A stretch of 64,000 bases of DNA, taken from contig CAXXGO010000006.1 of NCBI GenBank assembly GCA_963666835.2, positions 1,280,001 to 1,344,000 on the forward strand. The letters are read 5' to 3'. The notes beneath the pieces were generated by a model. It was not told where the DNA came from. It did no database searches and saw only the letters and a list, made by a program, of their open reading frames with translations. Below are positions 48,853 through 58,700 of this stretch, piece by piece. A program made the position numbers and the translations under genes. This DNA comes from Phycisphaerae bacterium (GTDB lineage: Bacteria > Planctomycetota > Phycisphaerae > UBA1845). Numbering within the stretch: position 1 is the stretch's first letter; every line of letters begins with the position of its first letter.

Positions 48853-49342
48853 TCGACTCCTCACTTCCGCTGCTTTTGTCACCCCGGAAGGTCGCCAGCA
48901 GGTCCATGAACTGGTCAGTAAAAACGAAGTTGTGATCGGGGAGTTCCGGCGGCTTCTCCGCCTGATCGACGTGGGCGAAAATCAGGTCGATGTTGCCGAT
49001 CTTCCGGCCGTTCTTGAGCACGGTTCCCGTGGTCATGGCGGCCCGTTCGTCAACCGATTCCACAACCGCTTCGTAGCGCAGTTGATCCCCCGGACCGGCG
49101 TAATCGGCGAAGTCCGCCCGCCGCACCTTGGCGAGAATGACGTTCTCAGCGAAACCGCGGACTTCTCCTACGAGTATGCCGGCCGTCTGGGCCATCCCCT
49201 CGATCATCAAAGACGGCGGCAGAACGGGATACCCGGGAAAATGGTCGTGAAGGTGCTCTTCGGCGAGCGTTACGTTCTTTACCGCCGCGGCCCGTTGCCC
49301 GGAAACGAAGTCGACAAAGCTGTCAATCCAGATCCACCGCAT
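48842..49342 (-). CDS. FabZ/FabA-like hot-dog dehydratase
   Basis: KNVTLAEEHLHDHFPGYPVLPPSLMIEGMAQ, PGDQL. Confidence 0.9.
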   Translation of the reverse strand: MRWIWIDSFVDFVSGQRAAAVKNVTLAEEHLHDHFPGYPVLPPSLMIEGMAQTAGILVGEVRGFAENVILAKVRRADFADYAGPGDQLRYEAVVESVDERAAMTTGTVLKNGRKIGNIDLIFAHVDQAEKPPELPDHNFVFTDQFMDLLATFRGDKSSGSEESNGT

Positions 49343-49390
49343 GCCGATTCCGCCGCGCGTTGGCGCTTGGCTGCAAAGCTGCCTGAAGGA

Positions 49391-49783
49391 CTACGCAGCC
49401 GCGACCTTGCTCTCCACGTAGTTGACGATCGTATCGACGGTGAACAGATCCGGCATCCGCGAGACCTTGGGGTCGCGTTCGAACTCCGTAAAATCTGCGT
49501 GGGGCATGGCGGCCTTGAGTGTTTCGACCCCGACCGGAGTCATGGTGTCCCCATCTACGTACTCCGGATTGTTGAGCAGGTCCTCCGGGAACAGCTCGCC
49601 CTTCGGTATCTTGATCGAGAAGGCCTTCTCCAGCCGAAAGACGATGTCCAGAAAATCAATGCTCTCGGCACCAAGGTCGCCCTGCAGGGTTGACTCGGCC
49701 AAGACCTCATCGTGGTCAACTCCCAAAGCGTCGCTCAATACCTCTTGCACCTCAGCGAAGATTTCCTCACGGCTCGCAGCCAT
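49391..49783 (-). CDS. Acyl carrier protein with long insertion (130 aa)
   Basis: DLGAESIDFLDIVFRLEKAF and TVDTIVNYV with an insert of about 50 aa between them. Confidence 0.9.
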   Translation of the reverse strand: MAASREEIFAEVQEVLSDALGVDHDEVLAESTLQGDLGAESIDFLDIVFRLEKAFSIKIPKGELFPEDLLNNPEYVDGDTMTPVGVETLKAAMPHADFTEFERDPKVSRMPDLFTVDTIVNYVESKVAAA

Positions 49784-49864
49784 GCCGCACAGACCTCCTT
49801 ATCTCGACCGAGCTTCGTGCGGCCCGCCGCACACTCCGGACCCCGGTCCTGTCATATCCCAAGC

Positions 49865-50329
49865 CTATTGACGAAGGAGAGCGAATCGCCTCCTCAACTC
49901 CTCGACTATCTGTCGGTCCGCGGGACTCGACTCCGTTGCCGAACCGCTCGAGAAGTGCCGCAGCCCGAACCGCGCTTTAACGACCTCTCGATCACGGCAA
50001 TAGCCGACGCCGGTGAACTCACTTGCCTCGGGCGCCAGCCGACGACACGTGACTTCCAATCTCAGCAGATTGCCCGGCTTCACAAAGCTCTTGTATGTTA
50101 CGTTCCTGGCCTCTCGGAGCAAGATAATGCTGGATGAGAAATCTTGTGCGTCCCGGACCAGCCAGGCAGCCGCCTCCGTCAACGCCTCCAGCATCAACAC
50201 CCCGGGAAGCACCGGAAAAGACGGAAAGTGGTCCGCCAGGTACTCCTCGGCCAGAGAAACCGCCTTAACGGCGACTATCCGCTCGCCCCGGGTCAGTTCG
50301 AGAATGCTGTCAACCAGTGCGAATTTCAT
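49865..50329 (-). CDS. FabZ-like hot-dog dehydratase
   Basis: FALVD, EEYLADHFPSFPVLPGVLMLEAL, FVKPG. Confidence 0.9.
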   Translation of the reverse strand: MKFALVDSILELTRGERIVAVKAVSLAEEYLADHFPSFPVLPGVLMLEALTEAAAWLVRDAQDFSSSIILLREARNVTYKSFVKPGNLLRLEVTCRRLAPEASEFTGVGYCRDREVVKARFGLRHFSSGSATESSPADRQIVEELRRRFALLRQ

Positions 50330-50405
50330 TCAGGTACGAGCCGGCTCAGGCGCCCCGCGATCCATACTCCGACCCGCCTGCGCCGAGCGGGCCGGAAAGA
50401 ACGGT

Positions 50406-51989
50406 CTACCAGTCGAAGTGACTGGAAAGACCGCCGCGGAGCGGCTTCTTGCGCTTCTTCGGGGGCTTCTTGGGTGCAGCCTCTTCCATAGGAGCGCTAC
50501 TCTCGGGATCCACCGGATTGGCTACCGCCTTGATAGACAGTGAAATCCTGCGGTTCTCCTGATCCACCCCCAGGACTCGGGCCTCGACCTCCTGGCCCGC
50601 CTGCACGACCTCGGAACAAGACTTCACCCGCCGATCGGACAGCTCGGAAATATGAATCAAGCCCTCAACACCCGGCACTAGTTCCACAAACGCGCCGAAA
50701 TCGGCGAGACGGGTGATCCGCCCTTTCACCAGGGATTGCGCCTCGAAGGTTTCAAGGACGCCCTCCCAAGGATCCGCCTGAGCCTGCTTCATACTCAGCG
50801 CGATCCGCCTTTTATTCGCCTCGCAACGGATCACAACCACGTCGATCATGTCACCAGCAGACACCGCGTCTGAGGTTTTGCCGACCCGCGACCACCCCAT
50901 CTCACTAATGGGGATCAACCCTTCAACGCCGGTCTCCAATTCGGCGAACGCCCCGAAGTCCGCGAGCCGAACGATGCGTACCTTCAAAGCCGTCCCGGCC
51001 GGGTACTTCTCCTCGGCGCCGACCCAGGGGTCCGGCTGGCACTGCTTGGCCCCGAGGGATATTCGATCGCGTTCGGTGTCGATCTTGAGGATCTGAACAT
51101 CGATCTCCTGGCCTTCGGTGAGCACGTCGGTGACCTTCTCAACCGATCCCCAACTCAAATCGCGAATATGCAGCAGGCCATCAATGCCACCGAGGTCGAT
51201 GAACGCCCCGTAGTCGGTAATGGTACCGACGATCCCCTTGCGAACTTGCCCGACCGCCAGTTCGGTCTTCAGTTTCGCTTTCGCTTCCGCCGACTCACGT
51301 TCCATCAGCTTTCGCCGGCTGACCAGCACGTTCTTACCGCGGCGATCAACTTCCACCACCTCGCAACGCAACGACTCGTTGAGGAAGACGGAAATATCCT
51401 TCATCGGAATGTTGTCGACCTGGGAGGCCGGCATGAACGCCCGAATCCCGTTCAGATCGATTTCCAGACCGCCCTTGTTCATTCCAGTCGCGCGGCCTTG
51501 GACAATGGCACCGACGGAAAGGTTGGTCCAAGTGGCCCGCTGAACGGCACCTTTGCGGTTCAGGATCAGCATGCTGGCGTCGGCATCGTAGCGTTCTACG
51601 ACGACATCCACCCGCCGGCCGTTCTCGACCACCTCTTTCTTTCCGAACTGTGATCTGGGCACGAACCCCTGCGATTTCGGGCCGAACTCGATGAAGACCT
51701 CGTCTTCCGACACGCCCACGACCGTACCGGTCAACTCCGTGCCGGGCTCGATGCCCTCTGCAGGTTCGCCGGATTCCACATCGGGCGTTCCGCCGCACAG
51801 TTCCGCGAGGTCGTCGGGGTCCATCGCCCCCATCGCCTCTTCGACCTCTCGGTTGAGATCGGGCGGTAACGGATTAGGGTCCGGAGACGGCACCGGGGGC
51901 AAGCCATCCGGTACTGGAGGGGGCACGTACTCTTCCGGCCGAGTTTCGGGATATTCCGCCGACCCGCCCGATTCAACTGCGTCACTCAT
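50406..51989 (-). CDS. S1 RNA-binding domain protein (ribosomal protein S1-like)
   Basis: Repeated S1 motifs (DYGAFIDLGGIDGLLHI; DFGAFAELETGVEGLIPISE; DFGAFVELVPGVEGLIHISEL); Pro/acidic N-terminal extension; LRGGL tail. Confidence 0.9.
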   Translation of the reverse strand: MSDAVESGGSAEYPETRPEEYVPPPVPDGLPPVPSPDPNPLPPDLNREVEEAMGAMDPDDLAELCGGTPDVESGEPAEGIEPGTELTGTVVGVSEDEVFIEFGPKSQGFVPRSQFGKKEVVENGRRVDVVVERYDADASMLILNRKGAVQRATWTNLSVGAIVQGRATGMNKGGLEIDLNGIRAFMPASQVDNIPMKDISVFLNESLRCEVVEVDRRGKNVLVSRRKLMERESAEAKAKLKTELAVGQVRKGIVGTITDYGAFIDLGGIDGLLHIRDLSWGSVEKVTDVLTEGQEIDVQILKIDTERDRISLGAKQCQPDPWVGAEEKYPAGTALKVRIVRLADFGAFAELETGVEGLIPISEMGWSRVGKTSDAVSAGDMIDVVVIRCEANKRRIALSMKQAQADPWEGVLETFEAQSLVKGRITRLADFGAFVELVPGVEGLIHISELSDRRVKSCSEVVQAGQEVEARVLGVDQENRRISLSIKAVANPVDPESSAPMEEAAPKKPPKKRKKPLRGGLSSHFDW

Positions 51990-52079
51990 GTCCAAAGCCT
52001 TCTTGCAGGCACTGGCCTACTCGACAATACGCCGGCCCGGTGAGCTGCTTCCGGGGCCGACTCGCTTTAAGCCCTAGTG

Positions 52080-52232
52080 AAAAACAAAAGAGGATGCTGC
52101 AGCGCCACTCCCAATGGGGGCATCCACGCCTGTACCGTGAGGTCGCCTGGAAAGCGATACGACAATACCGCACGCGCTAACACTGATATCACCGGTGCGA
52201 ATTCAGGTCACCTCCCAGACACTGAAACCGAC
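52080..52232 (-). ncRNA. Candidate structured small RNA or leader with terminator
   Basis: Upstream TTGACT-N17-TACAAC (52265-52237); nested stems GAGGT/ACCTC, CCTG/CAGG, CGCAC/GTGCG; then GGATGC..GCATCC hairpin plus TCTTTTGTTTTT. Confidence 0.4.
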
Positions 52233-52979
52233 CATTGTTGTAGCGGGACTCAGCAAACAAGTCAAGTTGGCAGCGGCAAACGCAAAACGCTGCCTCGATT
52301 GCAGACGTTGGGAATCCACGGTGGCCGCCCGGCATCGTCGGGATGCCGCGCCCAAAGGAACTGCGATCGGGTCAACGCACAGCCGCCTCACAATCCGGCT
52401 GCAATGCGCGGCCGCACATCCTTGAAGACCAACTCAAAGTCGTAGCCAACCCAAGCACCGGCAAGGGGCCGAATCTGTCGCCCTCCGCCGTCGACCAACC
52501 GAAATGAGAAACCGGAGAGGCGATCCTCCCCGGCGCACGTGAACATAGGACGATCCGGCTTCCGCTCAACAGCGTGGAGATGAACAGAAGCTCCCACGCG
52601 GGGGTAGTCCGATAATACTCCGTAAAAAGCCGCGGGTCTGAAGAGTTTTTCCTTGTGTTCGTGTTATAAGACGAGCTAAAATGGCTATGGTATTTTGGAC
52701 GTTCTAGATAGGCTGCGGGGAGCCGTTGAATTCCCTCCCTTCGCAGACTCCTATGACCAGCGTTCCTGCGCTGCAACGTTGCGGTTCTGCATTGCGCGGA
52801 GCCAGCCGTATTAAGGGCGGGCCGGAACGTCCGGACCCTGATTCACAGGGTATCTACCTGGCTGTGATTGGTGCCCGCCTGGATCAGACGCGGCAAGTAG
52901 TGTCGGTGGCATACGGACGGCGTAATAACTCCTGCCGGCGCGGGCCGGCGGCGGGACTTAAATCGGAAAGGGAGGAGCA

Positions 52980-54800
52980 ATGAAGAGCACGGTCACGATT
53001 CTCGTGGTTGATGTCGTACTAGCCTGCGGCGTCGCCGCTACTGCGGACTTTACGCCCATTAATGATGCTTCGTCCGGCAGCGAGGTGGACCTTTGGGAAG
53101 CTCTGGACTTGGTCGCGCGCGATCCGGGCGGCTCCTTCTCGTGGACGAGTACGGCGTATCTCAACAGCGGGGCCGACGGGCGGCGCGTGGATGATAGTTC
53201 CGATCAGGTTTGGATGGACGTCGGAACGGCCTCTCATGCGGGGTATGTGGTCAGCGTGAGCATGTCCGCTCTGTTCTGGGGCGGGATGGCCAACCCGAGC
53301 GACACGCTTGGGCAAGAGCTGGTCTTTGACGATTCGGCCTACGACGGAACCGTGGAAATCTCGACGGCGCCCCCGGTCGACGACTTCGGTGACGCCGGTA
53401 CGTTCGAACCGGGCGGATTCGGCATATTCCTCTTTGGCGACGGCAGCAGCAGCCGGCCCACGGCCTGGAGTCTCCAGACGCTGAACACGCCCTTCGGCGA
53501 CGGCGAGTTGGATCGAGTGACCACGGTCAACGTAACCGGTATGGACATCTACTTCTGGGACGGCGCCGATTACTCCCTGTACAAGGAAGACGCTCCGCCC
53601 AACTCGTACATTCTCTGCTTTGACCCCGGCTCCGACCATGACTATCAGGACATGATCGTCTACATCGAAGGTGCGGTTCCGCAATCTCCCTGTGATGACG
53701 ATCTGGATTGTGATGACGGTTACACCTGCACGCTCGATTCCTGTGGTCCTACCGGCGTATGTGAATACGAATACGTGCCGGCCGGTACGGTTTGCCGGCC
53801 GAGCGCCGGGGTCTGCGATGTGGAAGAGGTATGCCCCGGGGATGCGCCGAGCTGTCCGGTCGATCTGAAGCTCACCGATGAATGCCGCGCATCCGAGGGC
53901 GTTTGCGATCCGGCGGAATTCTGCGACGGCGCAAGCAACGATTGCCCGGTGGATGTCAAGAGCACGGACGAATGCCGCGCATCCGAGGGTGTTTGCGACC
54001 CGGCGGAGTTCTGTGACGGCGCCAGCAACGACTGCCCGATCGATTTCAAAAGTACGGACGAGTGCCGGGCATCCGGCGGGGTCTGCGATCCGGCCGAGTT
54101 CTGTGACGGCGTCAGCGACAACTGCCCGGTCGATCTGAAGAGTACGGACGAGTGCCGGGCATCTGAAGGGGTGTGTGATCCGGCCGAGTTCTGTGACGGC
54201 GTCAGCGACAACTGCCCGGTCGATCTGAAGAGTACGGACGAGTGCCGGGCATCTGAAGGGGTGTGTGATCCGGCCGAGTTCTGCGATGGGGTAAACGACG
54301 ATTGCCCGGTTGATCTGAAAAGCACGGACGAGTGTCGGGCGTCGACAGGGGTCTGCGACCCGGCCGAGTTCTGTGACGGCGCGAGCAGCGACTGCCCGGC
54401 GGATGAGTACTCCCCGGAGGGCACGGCCTGCCCGGACGACGGCGACGAATGCACGAACGACGTATGTGACGGAATCGGCGTTGACTGCACGCACCCCAAC
54501 CACGGCATGTGCGGAGCGTGCTGCCTGCCGGACAAGACCTGCCTTTTCGACGTGCTGTCAGGCACGTGTCAGGGGCAAGACGGCACGTTCCTCGGGTCGG
54601 GATCCGTGTGCCTGGGTGACAGCGACGGCGACGGATACGACGACCAATGCGACGAATGCCCGGGAGTCAACGACGACCTCTTCCCCGAGTGCCAGGAGGC
54701 AATCCCAACGGTCTCCTGGTGGGGATTGCTGGTACTGGCTCTGCTTCTGATGGTGGTTGGCAAACTCCGCTTCGGAGTTGGCCGATCGGAAACTGCATAG
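52980..54800 (+). CDS. Secreted Cys-rich protein with seven disintegrin-like repeats and IPTL-CTERM-type anchor
   Basis: GGAGG RBS; signal peptide; DHDYQDMIV motif; 30-aa repeats; C-terminal IPTVSWWGLLVLALLLMVVGKLR. Confidence 0.88.
   Translation: MKSTVTILVVDVVLACGVAATADFTPINDASSGSEVDLWEALDLVARDPGGSFSWTSTAYLNSGADGRRVDDSSDQVWMDVGTASHAGYVVSVSMSALFWGGMANPSDTLGQELVFDDSAYDGTVEISTAPPVDDFGDAGTFEPGGFGIFLFGDGSSSRPTAWSLQTLNTPFGDGELDRVTTVNVTGMDIYFWDGADYSLYKEDAPPNSYILCFDPGSDHDYQDMIVYIEGAVPQSPCDDDLDCDDGYTCTLDSCGPTGVCEYEYVPAGTVCRPSAGVCDVEEVCPGDAPSCPVDLKLTDECRASEGVCDPAEFCDGASNDCPVDVKSTDECRASEGVCDPAEFCDGASNDCPIDFKSTDECRASGGVCDPAEFCDGVSDNCPVDLKSTDECRASEGVCDPAEFCDGVSDNCPVDLKSTDECRASEGVCDPAEFCDGVNDDCPVDLKSTDECRASTGVCDPAEFCDGASSDCPADEYSPEGTACPDDGDECTNDVCDGIGVDCTHPNHGMCGACCLPDKTCLFDVLSGTCQGQDGTFLGSGSVCLGDSDGDGYDDQCDECPGVNDDLFPECQEAIPTVSWWGLLVLALLLMVVGKLRFGVGRSETA
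53784..54413 (+). repeat. Intragenic 90-bp tandem repeat x7
   Basis: Encodes TDECRASEGVCDPAEFCDGxxxxCPxDxKS; the first copy is diverged. Confidence 0.92.
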
Positions 54801-55190
54801 AACCGGGCCGGCCCCCGGCTTCCGTCTGATTTAACTGTGCAGTAACGCCGCCGGGCAGCAGGGGATTTGTATGCCAATGGTTCCGGCACCGGTTCGGCCT
54901 CGAACCGGTGCCCGGCCTCGGTTCTCTGGCCGTTCATGGGGTTGTTGGCTGACGACGCTTCCCGACTTCCGTGCTGATATCACCACCGAACGGCTTCTAC
55001 CCGACGATGACGCGATCGTGACGGCCGAGCAATCGGCGATTGCAGGTGCCCAATCGGCCGTTACACCCCGGGGAAGCAAGATCCCATAATCAACGGCAAT
55101 ACCCTATTCAAGGCTTGCTTTCACCTTGCGTGATCTGGTACGATACAGATCTAGTACCGTTCTAGCTGCGATTCTCAGCGGTGGCCGGGG

Positions 55191-55781
55191 ATGTCGACAC
55201 AGGAACCCAACCAGATCACTCGTCTGCTGGAATCTGCCGGCAACGGAGACGTTTCGGCCAAACGGCAGTTGTGGTCGGTCATCTACGACGAACTGCACCG
55301 GCTGGCGCAACAACAAATGCGGAACGAACCGGCAGGCCGGACTATGCAGCCGACGGCTCTGGTACACGAGGCATACCTCCGCCTCTTTCGCGAAGAAGAC
55401 ATCAAATGGGCTAACCGAAGGCACTTCTTCGGTGCAGCCGCGCAGGCCATGCGCCGGATCCGTATCGAGGATGCTCGGCGCGTCAGGGGGCTTAAACGAG
55501 GTGGCGACCGCCGCCGCGTGGACCTCGATTGTGCGCCACCGATGTTTGATCAGGACCCGACCGAAGTGCTGGCGGTTGATGAGGCCCTGGACGAACTGGA
55601 AAAGGTCGATCCGCGAAAGGCCAAGGTCGTCATGTTCCGTTACTTCGCCGGCCTGACGGAGGAGGAGACCGCACGGGCGATCGATGTGTCTCGTCGCACC
55701 GTCCAGAACGACTGGCAGGTGGCGCGGGCCTGGCTACACCGGGCGCTGTCGAAGGGCGATACGGCGGAGGCCGCGCGTTAA
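55191..55781 (+). CDS. ECF sigma factor, kinase-associated type (TIGR02999-like)
   Basis: YDELHRLA, TMQPTALVHEAYLRL, RHFFGAAAQAMRRI, KRGG, RYFAGLT, DWQVARAWL. Confidence 0.93.
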   Translation: MSTQEPNQITRLLESAGNGDVSAKRQLWSVIYDELHRLAQQQMRNEPAGRTMQPTALVHEAYLRLFREEDIKWANRRHFFGAAAQAMRRIRIEDARRVRGLKRGGDRRRVDLDCAPPMFDQDPTEVLAVDEALDELEKVDPRKAKVVMFRYFAGLTEEETARAIDVSRRTVQNDWQVARAWLHRALSKGDTAEAAR

Positions 55782-55784
55782 CTC

Positions 55785-58700
55785 ATGAATTACGATCGCC
55801 GGCAGCGCGTTGACGAATTATTCGAGAAAGCGCTGTTCCGCGCGCCCGACGAACGCGAGTCATTCCTGGCCGAGGCTTGCGGTGACGATCCGACGATCCG
55901 CGCCGAAGTTATTTCACTTCTGGAGCATGATGAGCAAGCCCCCGCGGAGTTCATGCGGCCGCCGGATCCTGCAATCCGGTCTCCGCTATCCAGTAGCACC
56001 CTCGAGGTCGGTGCGATCGTGGGTGGCTACCGCATCACGGGCCTGATCGCATCCGGCGGGATGGGCACGGTGTATGAGGCGGTGCAGAAGGCACCGCAGC
56101 GAGTCGTGGCCCTGAAGATCATGCTTGGCGGCATGGCCTCGAGATCAGCTCTGGGGCGTTTTCAGCTCGAATCGGCGGTTCTGGCACGATTGCATCATCC
56201 GAACATTGCCCAGGTCTTCGATGCCGGCGTGCAACGCCTGGGCGAAAGCCGCATACCCTATTTCGCGATGGAGTACATCGCCGGGGCCCGCACCGTTACC
56301 GCATTCGCGCAAGAGGAAAACCTCTGCATATCAGATCGCTTAGCGCTTTTTGCCACGATATGTGATGCCGTTCATCACGGTCATCAGAAGGGCATCATCC
56401 ACCGCGACATCAAACCTGCCAACATTCTGGTAGATTCGTCAGGCCGGCCGAAGGTCATCGACTTCGGCATCGCCCGCGCGACTGACTTGGATCTCGCGAT
56501 CACCGCGCAGCAGACGATTACGGGCCAGCTCATCGGCACAATGCAATACATGAGCCCCGAACAGTGCGACGCCGATCCGCACGCTCTCGACATTCGCACC
56601 GACATCTACTCGCTGGGCGTGGTCCTCTATGAACTCCTTACGGGAGAGAGTCCATACGTCACGCCGAGCGCGAACATCTACGAAGCCGCCCGCACAATCT
56701 GCGAGCAGCCGCCGAAGCCGCCGTCTCGGGTCGACCCCGAACTCGAAGGCGATGTGGAGACGATTGTCCTCAAGGCCTTGGAGAAAGAGAGGGAACGGCG
56801 TTACCAATCCGCCGCAGAACTGGCGTCCGACATTCGCCGTTTTCTCAAGAACGAACCGATCCTCGCGCGACGCACGACCGCGCTGTATCAGCTTCGTTTG
56901 TATGCTCGGCGCCATCGGGTCGCGTTTCGAGCGATCGTAGCGGCCGCAATCGGATTGTGCCTGGCCACGGTCATCAGTGTCTGGTCGGCGATCGAGGCAA
57001 CCGCACAACGCCGCGTTGCCGAAGCGGCCCGCGATGATGTGGCGAGCAAGTCATACGCGGTGAACCTAACAGCCGCGGAAGCAGCGCTCGCCGCTGATGA
57101 CCCAGCAACCGCGCGTATCGCTCTGGAGGGTGCGGACCCGAAGTCCCGCGGTTGGGAATGGCGGTACCTCAGGAACCGGGTCGATCAGAGCATTCGGACG
57201 TTGATGCAAGTAGACACGGCCTTCGAGTACTTCTCGGTCGACAAGGAGGGGCAACAGTTAGCGGTTGCGTTGAAGTATCTCGGAGTGGTCCGCGTGTACG
57301 ACATTCGCACCGGCAAGATCATCCACGAGTTGCCAACGCAGGAGCCTTGCGCAGTTGCCTTCAGTAATGATGGGACTCTGCTTGCAGTAGCGTCGACGGT
57401 TGGAGGAACGGATAGACGCGGGACTATCGCGTTGTGGAGGTTGGATACAGCTTCCTCAACACTGGTGGCGCATTGGATAGTCAACGATGTCGGGGCCCCG
57501 ATGCTGGCGTTTCACCCGACTCGCCGGATTCTGGCCGGCGGACGTTCTGGGGATCACCCAATCAGCCTGTGGGATCTCCGGGACCTCGAAAGGTTCGAAT
57601 CAGATGAACTGGCCGAGGTGGCGGCCGACGCGGTCCTGCAGGGTCACAAATGGGAGATCAGGAGCCTGGCGTTCAGTCCGAGAGGAGACTTGCTTGCCTC
57701 CGGCTCGCATGACTATACGGTTCGCCTTTGGGACGTCGAGTCGTCCTTGCGGACGGGGTCCGGACGTGCCTTGGCCGTGCTCCGCGGCCACACGTATTAT
57801 GTTGAAGCGGTTGCCTTCAGCCCCGACGGGTGCCGGCTCGCCTCGGCGTCGACCGACAAGACCATCCGGGTCTGGGACGTCGCGAAAAGCATCGAAGAAA
57901 GCGCCGGCAAGGGCGGCAGCCAATCAGAGGGGGACAAGGCTCCGGGCGTGCAGCTTGGCGTGCTCGGTGGGCACGATGAAGGATTCATAGCCGTCGCGTT
58001 CGACTCCACCGGGTCGAGGTTGGTTTCCGGCGGCAATGCAGGACTCATCTGCGTGTGGGATGTGGCGGACGACGCGATCGTGTCGGATCTCCAACGAAGT
58101 CAGACCTGGAGAAGGCCTCGTTATCAACAGACTGCCGCCCTACGCGGGCATGAAGGTTGGGTGCGGCGGGTGGCCTATCTGCCGGATGGACAGATTTTAT
58201 CAGGGGCGGGCGACAAGAGCATAAGACTCTGGCGGCCGGAGGTCCGAGACGTTCCGCAACTTCACGGACACAGCACCAGCATCGACGCCGTGGCGTTTTT
58301 GCCGGACAACCAACACGTTGTGTCAGGCGATGGCTCCGGTTGTCTTATCGTGTGGGATGCAAAACGATGCGTACCGGTCGCCAAGCGTTACTTCCGCGAG
58401 CGAGAGCGCGTTAATGCTGTTACACCCTTCAGGCGAGATGATCGCCTGCTGTTGGCCGTAGCAACCGGACGGACGCCGCCGTACGAGCCGGGAGGCCGCA
58501 TTATCTTGCTGGACGTTACCAGCCCTGAGGCGCCTCGGCGGGTGCAGGTTCTCTCCCCGGACGATGGCATTAAGCCCTCGTTCCATTCGATTGCGGTCAG
58601 CGCAGATACCCGAAGACTTGCGGCGGGAGATGGTCAGGGCGTTGTCAGAGTGTGGGAGCTTGACAAGCAGCTTGAGTTTCGAGAGGTCTGCTCTCTGGCT

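Noticed and set aside
50406..51989. Calling this gene rpsA
   Set aside because: The atypical Pro-rich N-terminus and domain count suggest it may be an S1 paralogue; orthology cannot be determined here.
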